A stretch of DNA of 64,000 nucleotides. It comes from Anaerolineales bacterium. Its GTDB lineage: Bacteria; Chloroflexota; Anaerolineae; Anaerolineales; UBA4823. How positions within the stretch are numbered: the stretch's first letter is position 1; every line of letters begins with the position of its first letter. The notes beneath the pieces are model-generated. The model worked only from the letters and a program-made list of their open reading frames with translations, was not told the DNA's origin and ran no database searches. The position numbers were made by a program, and so were the translations under genes. The stretch is taken from contig JAOSJQ010000018.1 in NCBI GenBank assembly GCA_027494035.1, positions 28,920 to 92,919 of the forward strand, given 5' to 3'. Of this stretch, positions 27,204 to 36,783 are shown one piece after another.

Positions 27204-29893
27204 TCGAAATCGGAAACCGTGCCCTTTGGGCGCTGACGCAAGCGCTTTTCATAGCGCTCTTCCATCCACGCCTCGACCTCCTGCCGAGTCCAGGGCGTAT
27301 ACTGCAAAATCGACGATTCCCGGATACGCGCTTCGCGCTCGTCGGCGTCAGGCGGCTCCTCGGGTGGTGGCAGGGTTTGGATAGTAAACGCAGGCACCGT
27401 CTTGCCGTTTACCTGCATCTTCACCGCCGCCTGGAAGCGGTCAAAGTTCATCAGGTTTTCGGGCGTGAGGTTGGGCTTCAAATATCCAGATAGCGCCTTG
27501 GCATCATCAGGGCCACAGGCAAACATAATCGCCGCGCCCGCGTTGCCCAGGATCGACTCTAGCGTGCTGCCTTTGAGCTGGCCCAAGTACTGGTTAGCTG
27601 CCGTCAGGCTTAGCCCGAACTTACGCGCCTCGGAGAACACCACCGGCAAAGCCGTCGTCACAAACTGCTGGACCTCCTCAACAAACAAGTAGAATGGCTT
27701 AACTTCCTCATTCTCACTGGCTCGCCTGGTCATGGCCGCCATCTGGAAGTCGGTTATGAGCATCGCGCCCAAATTGGCTTGCTCACTGCGCGTCTCGTCG
27801 CTGTTGAGGTTGGCCAAGAATATCTTGCCGTCATTGAGAATACTCTTGAAGTCCAGGCGGTGCGGGTGACACACCATGTTTCGCACCGCACTGTTGCGGT
27901 AGAAAATGCGGATACGATTCAGTACCGGCTCACGGACCTGGGCTTGCATTGCCTCGCTAAGCCGGTCGTATTCGTCAAACCAAAACTCCAACGCCACCGG
28001 GTCTTTGACCTGTTGGAGTAACTCGGTCCGGTACTCGGCGTCCATCATGATGCGCGAGATGTCGCGCGGAGTAGCGTTCTGCTCATACATGAGCGCTACC
28101 AAGGCGCTGTAGAGCACGTTCTCCATCCGAGTGCGGCTCCAGTCCTCGGCGTAGATCTTCTTGAGCACGCCCATCACCTGGCTTACTGCCGCGTCACGCG
28201 GCACACCCTCCGGCACGGCAAAGGGATTCAGCGGAGCAGGATAATCGGTCTGGGCGAAGTCAATGAGCACCACGTCATCTTCGCGCTCAGGGGGAATGCT
28301 GCTGCGCAGAATTGACCGTACTAGACTACCGTGAGGATCAATCACCCCCACCCCTTCTCCGGCAAGAATGTCCTGGGTGATGATGTGATGCAGCGTGGTG
28401 GATTTGCCCACACCGGTCTTGCCAACCATGTATACATGCTGGGCTCGGTCAGTATCCGCTAGGACAATGGGTGTACGTTGGCCTGAGTGGATGTTCTCGC
28501 CAATCACCACCCCCACATGATCGTGAACAGCAGCAGTTGGCGCGGCTACATTTCCTTCGGCGGCCCACATGATTTCCTTCGCCTGAAAGCCTTTGTGTGG
28601 TGGGTGCCAAAGGCTGGCGATTTCCTCAGGAGTGAGAATCAGACGGGTTCGTTTCCACCTTTCCCCGGCTCCGGTCGCCCATTGGTAGATCAAAGAAAGG
28701 CTGCTGTAGCGCTGCTCTTGACCATCATTGGTGATCGAGCGGATTGAGTCTGGCCAGGGCTCTTCATCCCACACCAGCGCATTGTACGGATCGCGCACAA
28801 ACTGCCAGATCTGGCTATCCACGGTAGCCAACTCCTGCACTCGCGTCCGGACTGGGCTGTCAATCATTACCGACAAAAAACACTGGTACAGCGGACGGCT
28901 GAGCTTCTGCTCGGCCACAGCTTGGTCGCTGGGCCGATATTTCTCGACACGCTCCTGGCGGAGACCTGCGGCATCTGCAATCAGATTCAGGCCGGTGGTT
29001 GATACAAATTGCAGGGGATTCACCGGGCTGGATGTAATCATCTTCTCCCCTAGCGGGTGCGCATACTCGGCGGGAACCGACAACACAACGCTATAGGTGA
29101 TACGCTCCCCTGGCTGAAGATTAGACATGGCTTGAGTAACCGCAGCCAGCGGATCGAAGCTTTTTAGATCATCCACAGACTTGATAGGCCAGATAAAATC
29201 TGCCCCTTGCCGGAAAAACAGCACGTAACGATAAAACGGAAATTCTCTCTTCTCACCTTCGTCGGCTCCCCATTCCACTTCGGCGTTGGGATAGTACGTG
29301 TTGATCGCCCTCAAGATGTGGTCTGGGTGCAGATCGCTGCGCCAGTCGGTAATCTCCCACCAGATGCGATTGGGCTCGGCCACAATCCGCAATGCCAGAT
29401 GAATGGTGGTGCGCAGTAGGTATTCAGCAAAACGCCGGGCGGTCTCGGTTTCGAAATTCTCGCCTTTGGGCAAGACAATTCGATAGCGACGCGGCTCGGC
29501 CAGAGGTTTTTGGGAAATGATAGCTTCGTTATTGGAGTTGTCGGTGTCTTCGGTAGATTCAGTAAATTTCTGCAAGAGCAGTATTCCAAAGATCGCCCCG
29601 ATACCGGCGAATACATAGCTTGAGTTGCCTGGTAGTGTTAGATAAGTCAGCACGAAAGACACGGCAAGTCCTATCGCGAAGAAAGCCTTCCTTTGCTGGT
29701 TATTGCCCACAAATCCACCGAGTGATCGGTTCTCAAACGGACCTTCCAGCGAATCAGGAAGTTTGGGAGCAGTATATTTCTGCCAGGCGAAGATGCCCAA
29801 GGCTGCCAATATCCCGGCAAACAAACCGATGATGCCCCAGACCATGCTGTTGAGTGTTTCGACGACGGGATCGTCTTCACTTTGATAAGGCAT
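27200..29893 (-). CDS. type IV coupling protein-like (VirD4/TraD/HerA-type) ATPase with N-terminal TM helices
   Basis: RBS AAGGAG; Walker A GKTGVGKST, IDPHG, VEEVQQF, SEARKFGLSLTAANQYLGQL. Confidence 0.85.
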   Translation of the reverse strand: MPYQSEDDPVVETLNSMVWGIIGLFAGILAALGIFAWQKYTAPKLPDSLEGPFENRSLGGFVGNNQQRKAFFAIGLAVSFVLTYLTLPGNSSYVFAGIGAIFGILLLQKFTESTEDTDNSNNEAIISQKPLAEPRRYRIVLPKGENFETETARRFAEYLLRTTIHLALRIVAEPNRIWWEITDWRSDLHPDHILRAINTYYPNAEVEWGADEGEKREFPFYRYVLFFRQGADFIWPIKSVDDLKSFDPLAAVTQAMSNLQPGERITYSVVLSVPAEYAHPLGEKMITSSPVNPLQFVSTTGLNLIADAAGLRQERVEKYRPSDQAVAEQKLSRPLYQCFLSVMIDSPVRTRVQELATVDSQIWQFVRDPYNALVWDEEPWPDSIRSITNDGQEQRYSSLSLIYQWATGAGERWKRTRLILTPEEIASLWHPPHKGFQAKEIMWAAEGNVAAPTAAVHDHVGVVIGENIHSGQRTPIVLADTDRAQHVYMVGKTGVGKSTTLHHIITQDILAGEGVGVIDPHGSLVRSILRSSIPPEREDDVVLIDFAQTDYPAPLNPFAVPEGVPRDAAVSQVMGVLKKIYAEDWSRTRMENVLYSALVALMYEQNATPRDISRIMMDAEYRTELLQQVKDPVALEFWFDEYDRLSEAMQAQVREPVLNRIRIFYRNSAVRNMVCHPHRLDFKSILNDGKIFLANLNSDETRSEQANLGAMLITDFQMAAMTRRASENEEVKPFYLFVEEVQQFVTTALPVVFSEARKFGLSLTAANQYLGQLKGSTLESILGNAGAAIMFACGPDDAKALSGYLKPNLTPENLMNFDRFQAAVKMQVNGKTVPAFTIQTLPPPEEPPDADEREARIRESSILQYTPWTRQEVEAWMEERYEKRLRQRPKGTVSDFD

Positions 29894-30193
29894 GTCACTC
29901 CTTATGGGAAATTGCGAAAACGTTAAGTGTGTAATCTGGTAACGTTATATATCAACTCTGTTTATTTGGGAAATTGGCCCAGATGGCTCAACAGAACCGC
30001 GCGAAGTCAGTCCCCGCTGGAGGGCAAAGTGGCCTAACTTTGTTTTTATCCTCCAGCGTCTTCGCTCAGGCCGGGCGTCGAAGCTCCGATCTCTTGCATA
30101 TAGAACGGAGCCAAGACTTGACTCCGCGCTGGTAATGGCAGCGGCACCAGCTTGTGGTGTTTGCCGATTGGAGCATACCACTAAGCGGCCCGC

Positions 30194-31099
30194 TCAGAGC
30201 CCGAAAATACGGTTAGAGTTTGGAAAGAGACCCGTTGGTCGCTCATCACCCCCACGAAGCCAAATTGGGTCGTTTAAGACGCTCTGACGCGTCACTTTGT
30301 CGGCGGTTGTGAATAGAAAAACTTGTGCGTCTTTACCCGCCGCGATTTCCGTTTGTTGTTTGAGGTTGTGCATTCGCCGCTCGCTGGTCGTCACCACGAG
30401 CCAGCGACCGGACTGGAAACCAAATCGCTGCTTATATTCGCGGCTGCGCAGGTAGGCAACACCGGGGAGGACTTTTTCGCGGGCAAAACGGGGATTATCT
30501 TCGGTCGCACAGTCAATTTCCAGCAACAATCGTGAGTACTGCTTGCCTTGCTTGATGACGAAGAAACCATCAGGGCGAATCAAGCGCTTGGCTTTTTGAC
30601 CGTTGGCCTGCCGGTATTCCACCCTATCCGGGTACGCCCAAAATTCACCCTCAGGAATCCACTGCTCCAGGGTGAAATCCGATTTATCGTCACACGCCTC
30701 CATTACATCCAGACGGAAATCGTTAACTGCCAGATCGTGTGCCAGTTGTGCCCAGCGCGGCTCCCGGCGATACTGAAACTCCTTGAGCCCTAAGCCCTGC
30801 AATCCGGCCACATACGTCGCCCCGCGCTTTCCCAGCCAGTACACCATGCAAGGCAAGCCAGCTCTTTGTGCGCGACTGGGCTTTTCCAGATAGCCGTGTT
30901 GAAACAACATGCTCAAGCGACCTCTCGTCTGACGCTCGCCGGTGAAAAACAATCGGCGAATCTGGTAGTCGCTTAGCACGCCGTCAAAGGTGTGGACTGT
31001 TTCCATGATGCGCTTGTCGCGCTCGGTGAGCAGCATGGGCGGGGCGGTTTTTGGTCGCCTGGCCTGAGCAGGCGCTCTTTTGAGCGGGAAAATCTCCAT
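30194..31099 (-). CDS. second replication-relaxation (Replic_Relax) family protein
   Basis: LTERDKRIM, HDLAVNDFRL, IRPDGFF, LLEIDCAT. Confidence 0.85.
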   Translation of the reverse strand: MEIFPLKRAPAQARRPKTAPPMLLTERDKRIMETVHTFDGVLSDYQIRRLFFTGERQTRGRLSMLFQHGYLEKPSRAQRAGLPCMVYWLGKRGATYVAGLQGLGLKEFQYRREPRWAQLAHDLAVNDFRLDVMEACDDKSDFTLEQWIPEGEFWAYPDRVEYRQANGQKAKRLIRPDGFFVIKQGKQYSRLLLEIDCATEDNPRFAREKVLPGVAYLRSREYKQRFGFQSGRWLVVTTSERRMHNLKQQTEIAAGKDAQVFLFTTADKVTRQSVLNDPIWLRGGDERPTGLFPNSNRIFGL

Positions 31100-31166
31100 T
31101 TGTTGCAGTGTACTGGATGCCGAAAGGCTTTTCTACCCCACCCAACGCTCATCACCACACCTGGTA

Positions 31167-31408
31167 GCAGACGCGGCCAAGTTCCGGAGTTTCCCCCGTC
31201 GGCCTGTAAGGCCGACCGCCGTGGGCGAGCGTGGTGGCTGGCGAACCTGTGAAGTCAGCTGCCCGCGTCTGCCGCCCCCGCTCAAATTCACCTACGAGAC
31301 CGAAACATAAGCTCATATCATGTGCGAAATGTTCAGGTAAAAGGCGGCGGCGACCACGGCGGTCGGGCTTCAAACGCAGCGCCAGCCAGTGCAGAAGGCC
31401 GACGGGGG
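31167..31408. other. inverted-repeat-rich non-coding region, candidate oriT/sso or structured RNA
   Basis: Complementary pairs 31167-76/31263-72, 31193-205/31396-408, 31214-24/31354-64, 31235-43/31380-88; local hairpin 31198-31216. Confidence 0.45.
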
Positions 31409-31700
31409 GTCGCCTGACGACGGTGGGGTTGAAAGTAACTGGTGAATTGGCTGACCTCTGGTCGATCAATGGAACCGGTGGAGTGAATACCCTGCCCGAG
31501 GAAGGCGACAAGGTGCTGGCGCAACTTTTCTCCGTCACTCCTCTTCCCGCCGCGCCTTATGCGGGGGTATTGGAGGGAGTGACGTGGAGATCTGCCCCAG
31601 AGCTCCAGTTGCAGCCAGCATATTCGTCGAAAAGAAAAAAAGGCAATAAGCCCAAACTTCATCTTAGTTCTCTGCTTTTTCTTCTCTGTATATTATTAGG

Positions 31701-32194
31701 CGGAAGATTTTTCCGGTCTTGTTCGGAAAATATTTCCTCTCTAGAACGGAAGATTTTTCCGGTCAGAAAAACATCGTATGCATCCGTTGTTTTCTTGATT
31801 TTTTGCCTGAAAGTATATCGCCAGCATTGCCCCGTTCTGACGTGCAAGAGGGACCGGAACTGCTATCAAGTGGTTACATGCCTTATTGATGGGGGTCTGT
31901 ATTCCTTCCCAAATAGACGTATGGCGTAATGCTGTAATGAAAACCCCACGTGATTCCTCACGTGATAGATCGGAACATTTATCAAGTAATCGACTACGTG
32001 AGGTATCACTTGATGTACCGCGTGGATTATCACGCACATACGTAAAATATCGCGTGAATATTGGCGTAGAATTCCACGCAAGAGCAGCGTTTTTAGTGCT
32101 TTTGATTGGGCTTAAGCCTGGTAAAACTACTGAATGCATGGGGACTATTGCTATTGCTTCCGCTCTAGAACGGAAGATTTTTCCGGTCAGAAAA
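31701..32194. repeat. iteron-like direct repeats next to the HTH Rep gene
   Basis: 32-bp exact repeat CTCTAGAACGGAAGATTTTTCCGGTCAGAAAA at 31739-31770 and 32163-32194; 18-bp core also at 31701-31718. Confidence 0.75.
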
Positions 32195-32203
32195 GCACCG
32201 GAT

Positions 32204-32566
32204 TTATGGCTGTTTTTGCCAGAAAGACGCCTTAAGGTGCACCACATACAGATTGGGCCTGCCTTGTCCCCGGCGTTTAATCTCAACGAGCTTTACCGTC
32301 TCGAGCTCCTTAAGCCACGAGCGCACGCTGCGGTCGGTCACACCCATATCCTTACCCAGGCGCTCCTGGCCCGGAAAACACTCGTGCATTTCGCGGGCGT
32401 ACTTGAGAAGCATGGCATAGGTAAGCTTCGCGCCAACAGAAATCTCGTTGCTTTCGAGGATAAAGTTCGGAACACCGGTCCAACCCCTGGTAGTGGCGGC
32501 ATCTGCCCCCTGAACGATGAGGTTGCGATCTTGAAAAGCTTGTGTGCTTCCGAGTAGCTCCATCAC
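32204..32566 (-). CDS. winged-HTH replication-initiator-like protein
   Basis: GWTGVPNFIL...GAKLTYAML...CFPGQERLGKDMGVTDRSVRSWLKEL...GRPNLY. Confidence 0.75.
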   Translation of the reverse strand: MMELLGSTQAFQDRNLIVQGADAATTRGWTGVPNFILESNEISVGAKLTYAMLLKYAREMHECFPGQERLGKDMGVTDRSVRSWLKELETVKLVEIKRRGQGRPNLYVVHLKASFWQKQP

Positions 32567-32943
32567 TCCTTCCCGGTGGAGTCAGGCTGCTCCACCTTGC
32601 CAAGAAAATCCCCAATGATGTAACGGTAAAGCTCTAGCTTTTTGACATTGAGTTGTCGGGCCAGATCGTCGAGTTCTTGTTGCCATTCATGTGGCACTTC
32701 TGCCTGGACCTTGACCTTGAGTTCATCGCGTAAGCGAAAACTGAATCCCTGGATGTCATCTCGACTTGGCAGGTCACGTACAACCTCACGTGAGTTCTCG
32801 CGTGGGATGTCGCGGGAGTTATCAAGTACCGGCGTGGGCTTCACCGTGGGTTCTCGCGTGGTTTTCCACGTGGACTCTTGGGTGGATTCCTCTTGCTCGC
32901 GTTGCATAGCCTGAGCATAAACCGAAATGGCCTTATTCGACAT
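32563..32943 (-). CDS. hypothetical protein, possibly a small DNA-binding/partition accessory
   Basis: 126-aa ORF overlapping both neighbours; low-complexity xxRE/RD repeats followed by a helical C-terminus. Confidence 0.6.
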   Translation of the reverse strand: MSNKAISVYAQAMQREQEESTQESTWKTTREPTVKPTPVLDNSRDIPRENSREVVRDLPSRDDIQGFSFRLRDELKVKVQAEVPHEWQQELDDLARQLNVKKLELYRYIIGDFLGKVEQPDSTGKE

Positions 32944-33772
32944 GATTCTCCTCTAGTAGGTGGTGTTCATCTACAGCGTAGGTTGCACTCTCCGCTGTAG
33001 CTTTTTCTAGTCGGTTGGCAAAGGCGTGGGTGAGGGCAGAATTGCTGACCTTCACGAGATCGCGGGGCAAACCCTTGGTGTGCTCGTAGATGACCTCAAA
33101 AGCTGCATCTTCAAACGGCAATGGGAGCACACCACCCGCTGTTTTCCAGCGGTGCTCCATCATGGCGCGTGCGTCTTCCTTAGTAAGCGGGGAAAGTACA
33201 CCAAACTGGGCTACTCGACTCATGAGCTCGCGGCGCTGTTTGAGCAGCGGAATGAGCTCTAACTGACCAAACAGAATGATCTGGATGAGCCGCTCGTTTT
33301 CGAGCATCATGTTGGTCAGCGTTTTGATCATGCCCAACATGTCGCGGTCTGGCCGCACGCTGTTGTCCAATTCTTGGGCCTCGTCTATAAGCAGAAGGGG
33401 AGTACGACCCTCAAGGACTTCCTTGGCCAGGAATTCCTGTAACTGGTCGAACGCGCCTTGCTTGGTGCGCGTTGGATTGAGGCCAAACTCTCCGGCGATA
33501 GCCTTGAGTAGGGCGGTGTCACTTGTCTGGTTGGTGTAGTTGAGCACAGCGATGGTGTAGGCTTCGTGATCGAAGCGCTTGCGCAGCATATTCAGAATTG
33601 TGGTTTTTCCCATACCCACATCACCGTAGACCACGGCAAGGCCGCTTTTGTTACGAATGGCGTACTCGCACTTGGCGACGCTCTCGGCGTGGCTTGGTGC
33701 CAGGTAGAAATACGTTGGGTCGGGCGAGGTGGTGAAGGGATTGTGTTGGAGATTGAAATACTGGCGGTACAT
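32933..33772 (-). CDS. ExeA/GspA-like AAA ATPase
   Basis: YFNLQHNPF...PDP, Walker A GDVGMGKTT, LLIDEAQEL, ILFGQLEL, GLPRDL. Confidence 0.85.
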   Translation of the reverse strand: MYRQYFNLQHNPFTTSPDPTYFYLAPSHAESVAKCEYAIRNKSGLAVVYGDVGMGKTTILNMLRKRFDHEAYTIAVLNYTNQTSDTALLKAIAGEFGLNPTRTKQGAFDQLQEFLAKEVLEGRTPLLLIDEAQELDNSVRPDRDMLGMIKTLTNMMLENERLIQIILFGQLELIPLLKQRRELMSRVAQFGVLSPLTKEDARAMMEHRWKTAGGVLPLPFEDAAFEVIYEHTKGLPRDLVKVSNSALTHAFANRLEKATAESATYAVDEHHLLEENHVE

Positions 33773-33923
33773 ATGGTGTGCGGCGTCGTGTCAATGCGGC
33801 TGACACGAGCGCACCATCATCAAAGCATGTTGAACTATGGCTGTCAACGACCCAAAATCGGTCGGTCATACCGCAATAACGCAAGAAGCTGAAGTCCAGG
33901 GAAAATCGTCAGTTATGGCTTTC

Positions 33924-34901
33924 TCAGCGCGGCAGAAGCATGTCCGCGAGCGACTTTATGGTCGCGGTGAAGCTGGCATCCATTCCCTGATGTCCTCGCC
34001 ATTTCATCCAGAAGTCGATGATACTGCCGCCCCCGCAGCCAGCATAACAATGCCAGAAGTTCTCCTCTCGGTTCACGCCGAAGCTCTTGTGTTGATCTTC
34101 ATGGAACGGGCAGCAGCCGGTCGCGTTCTGATCGAGCTCGACGTAGCGCCGCACGAAATCGTAGACGCTGATCGAGTTCTTCAGGCGCTCGGATAGCGTG
34201 GCTCCGGCTGGTTCAGGGCGGGGTTCTGGAAAAAGCGGCTTGACCTGGGAAAGGTCAACGCTCGACTGCTTTAAGCACACTTGCCGGATATAGGCAGGCG
34301 GCACAATCTGTGGCACCGACATAATGCGTACTTGCTCGCGCACGCTAGGCGCAATGGGCGCGCCTTCAGGGGTGACGAAATAATACCGTTGGCCGGTCAG
34401 GCGGTGCTTTCCGAGCGGCAAGCGAACCAACGAGCCGGGGCCGGTTTTGAGCTCGGATTGCTTTGGGAATAGCTCAATGCCTTGCAGGTCGTAGCGTCCA
34501 AGGAGGCGCTGCCCAAACTGCCGGGCTGATGATCCTGGGATGGGGGAGAAGAACAGCCACAAATGTCCGCCGCGCCGGGAGGGTTCCAGATAGGCAGTGA
34601 TGCCATCTTGTTCCAGGTCTTTCGTCATTTTGAGGAGCTCAGCCCACTGTTCAGGCGTGTCGGCATCCAAACAGAGCCAGCGGGCCTGATCGCGCTCATC
34701 CAGCGCATACGCGCCGAGCGTCATTATCCCCTTGATGTGTGCTTGTAAGTAGTCGAGTTGGAAACGACGTTTGAGGGTGAGGTATCGTCCGTCCTCAGTC
34801 TGAATGGGATAGCAGTCCTGACGAGGAATGAACGTCTTGGCATACCGACGCAAGATGTCCCGGTCTAGCTCTGGAGATGGTGGTTTTTCCCTGCCCCTCA
34901 C
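33924..34901 (-). CDS. archaeo-eukaryotic primase-like domain plus CHC2 zinc finger (start uncertain; the ORF is open to 35078)
   Basis: LCLDAD, SRRGGHLWLFF, ELFPKQ, GSLVRLPLGKH; CPFHED...WHCYAGC. Confidence 0.8.
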   Translation of the reverse strand: MRGREKPPSPELDRDILRRYAKTFIPRQDCYPIQTEDGRYLTLKRRFQLDYLQAHIKGIMTLGAYALDERDQARWLCLDADTPEQWAELLKMTKDLEQDGITAYLEPSRRGGHLWLFFSPIPGSSARQFGQRLLGRYDLQGIELFPKQSELKTGPGSLVRLPLGKHRLTGQRYYFVTPEGAPIAPSVREQVRIMSVPQIVPPAYIRQVCLKQSSVDLSQVKPLFPEPRPEPAGATLSERLKNSISVYDFVRRYVELDQNATGCCPFHEDQHKSFGVNREENFWHCYAGCGGGSIIDFWMKWRGHQGMDASFTATIKSLADMLLPR

Positions 34902-34959
34902 ACGAACATTATACAAAACGGTGGGGACGTATTGGAGTAGCGGCAAGTTTTGGCTGGCT

Positions 34960-35166
34960 CTATTGGGTGACTCGCTCGGCGCTATGCTTGAGCGCTTCGT
35001 AGTCGGCAACAGGGAGCATAACCAGAACAGGGAGTCCGTCACGCTCGACGATGAGGTGCTGCTTGTCTTTGAACACACGGCGCATCGTTTCGCCGATATT
35101 ACGCTGAAGTTGAGTAGAAGAGATGATTTCAGGGGTGAGATTTGACTTGTTGGGTGATTGGATCAT
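34960..35166 (-). CDS. Phd/YefM-like antitoxin-fold protein
   Basis: ISSTQLQRNIGETMRRV...HLIVERDGLPVLVMLPVADYEAL. Confidence 0.75.
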   Translation of the reverse strand: MIQSPNKSNLTPEIISSTQLQRNIGETMRRVFKDKQHLIVERDGLPVLVMLPVADYEALKHSAERVTQ

Positions 35167-35231
35167 TCATAATAGTTTAGCATCAGTACGTAGGGCTATG
35201 TATTCCGGGCTATTGGGTTAGATTCTGATTG

Positions 35232-35585
35232 TCAGTACTGATCAATCCAGAATTCCCAGCTTTTCCGTTCGAGGTCGTAAGCTCCCTGGAGGGCAGTATC
35301 ATCCGGCAGAATGCGGCCCTTTTCCCAGTCGCCGTCACGCGCGATCCCCATGAAGGCGGTGACAGTGACCTCGCCATCTTCCTGGCGCAGTTCTACCCAA
35401 CCACCAGCCATAAGGTCCATCTCAAACAACTGGCCGACCTTGAAAGTGAACTCTTCGGAGTATTCGACATAACCAGCCTCATCTGGCTCAAGCTCGCCCA
35501 TCGTAATACTGGTGGGTTCCAGATCGTAAGGGATAGCCTCGACGGCTTGCTCGAAAAGGTCTTCAAGTGATTCAGGTTGAGTCAT
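35232..35585 (-). CDS. hypothetical acidic protein
   Basis: RBS GGAGG; 117 aa. Confidence 0.65.
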   Translation of the reverse strand: MTQPESLEDLFEQAVEAIPYDLEPTSITMGELEPDEAGYVEYSEEFTFKVGQLFEMDLMAGGWVELRQEDGEVTVTAFMGIARDGDWEKGRILPDDTALQGAYDLERKSWEFWIDQY

Positions 35586-35602
35586 ACACCTCCCGTTATC
35601 TA

Positions 35603-35644
35603 TTATATGTATTGTTACTTAATATTATATAACAATACGTATAA
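35603..35644. promoter_or_regulatory. AT-rich operator-like inverted repeat upstream of the replication operon
   Basis: TTATATGTATTGTTA-12 bp-TAACAATACGTATAA (14/15 match). Confidence 0.55.
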
Positions 35645-36060
35645 CAAACAAGGGGCAGATCAGAGATAGGCGCGTATGCATCCGCGTTTTTGGGTTGTGT
35701 GTTCGGAGTTGTTGAGAATGGGATGAATACAGCTCAGCGGTCTGTAAGCGCCTGTTATCAACGGGCTGGGAGGTGGGCGCGGATCGCCAGACCAAAGCCT
35801 GACAGATGCGAAGCTAAGTCGGTGATTAGCAGACTTAGAACACACATTGGAACGATTTCAAAATTGCTAAGAATCGCTGAATCAAATAATCCTCCCTCTC
35901 TCCTCATATACATAGTAGTGGGGGGTGGTGCGGAGGGGAGTTTGCCACGTTTTTCGGCGGATTTCAGCCCGTTTTCCGGTGAAAACTACGGTTACGCGTT
36001 ACCGTAGGGGAAACCGTAGCAGATCAGGGCCAGATTATGGATTGGGGAGAACAGCAAGGA

Positions 36061-36783
36061 TTAGTAGTCCCAGTGCTCGTGGGCCAAAGGTTCGCGATTC
36101 AACTCGTCACGTAGAAGACGCCAACTTGGCAGGAACTTGTCCATTAGTCCGATAAACCGGTCGTTGTGGTGCCGTTCCAGCAGATGTACCATCTCGTGAA
36201 CAATGATGTACTCCAGGCATTGCGTTGGTTTCTTAACTAGTTCCAGATTCAGCCAAATCCGGCGCGCCTCAATATTGCAGCTACCCCACTTGGTCTTCAT
36301 TTGCCTTACACCCCAATCGGCAACCTCAACACCAATAACCGGCTCCCACTTGGCAAAGAGTAGGGGAATAGCTTCCTTGAGCTGTCTGCGATACCACGCT
36401 AACATCACGCGCTCGCGCTGAGCGGTGTCGCCGCCCGGACGAACAATCAGTTCAATTTTCGTGTTATGCCGAATGACAACCCCCTGTTTTTCAGGAAGAT
36501 AGAGCACGTTGAGCAAGTACCGATTGCCTTGAAAATAGTGACTTTCACCAGAGACATATTCCCGTGCCGACTGCCGTTCTTGTGCCACAAATTTCGCTTG
36601 TTGGCGCTTGATCCATCCCAGTTTAGAGATGACCGCCAGCCGCACGGCCTCATCATCCACGCGCAGTGGTGCGGCCACCCGTACCCTGCCGCTGGGTGGA
36701 TAAACGGCGACGTGTAGATTCTTGATGTCTTTGCGAACGACATCCACAACCAGATCGTTCACAATGATCTGGTGCATACTCAA
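36061..36783 (-). CDS. YgjP/SprT-like (M48/DUF45) zinc metallopeptidase
   Basis: KNLHVAVYPP, KTKWGSC, YIIVHEMVHL; typically found next to hsdR. Confidence 0.9.
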   Translation of the reverse strand: MSMHQIIVNDLVVDVVRKDIKNLHVAVYPPSGRVRVAAPLRVDDEAVRLAVISKLGWIKRQQAKFVAQERQSAREYVSGESHYFQGNRYLLNVLYLPEKQGVVIRHNTKIELIVRPGGDTAQRERVMLAWYRRQLKEAIPLLFAKWEPVIGVEVADWGVRQMKTKWGSCNIEARRIWLNLELVKKPTQCLEYIIVHEMVHLLERHHNDRFIGLMDKFLPSWRLLRDELNREPLAHEHWDY

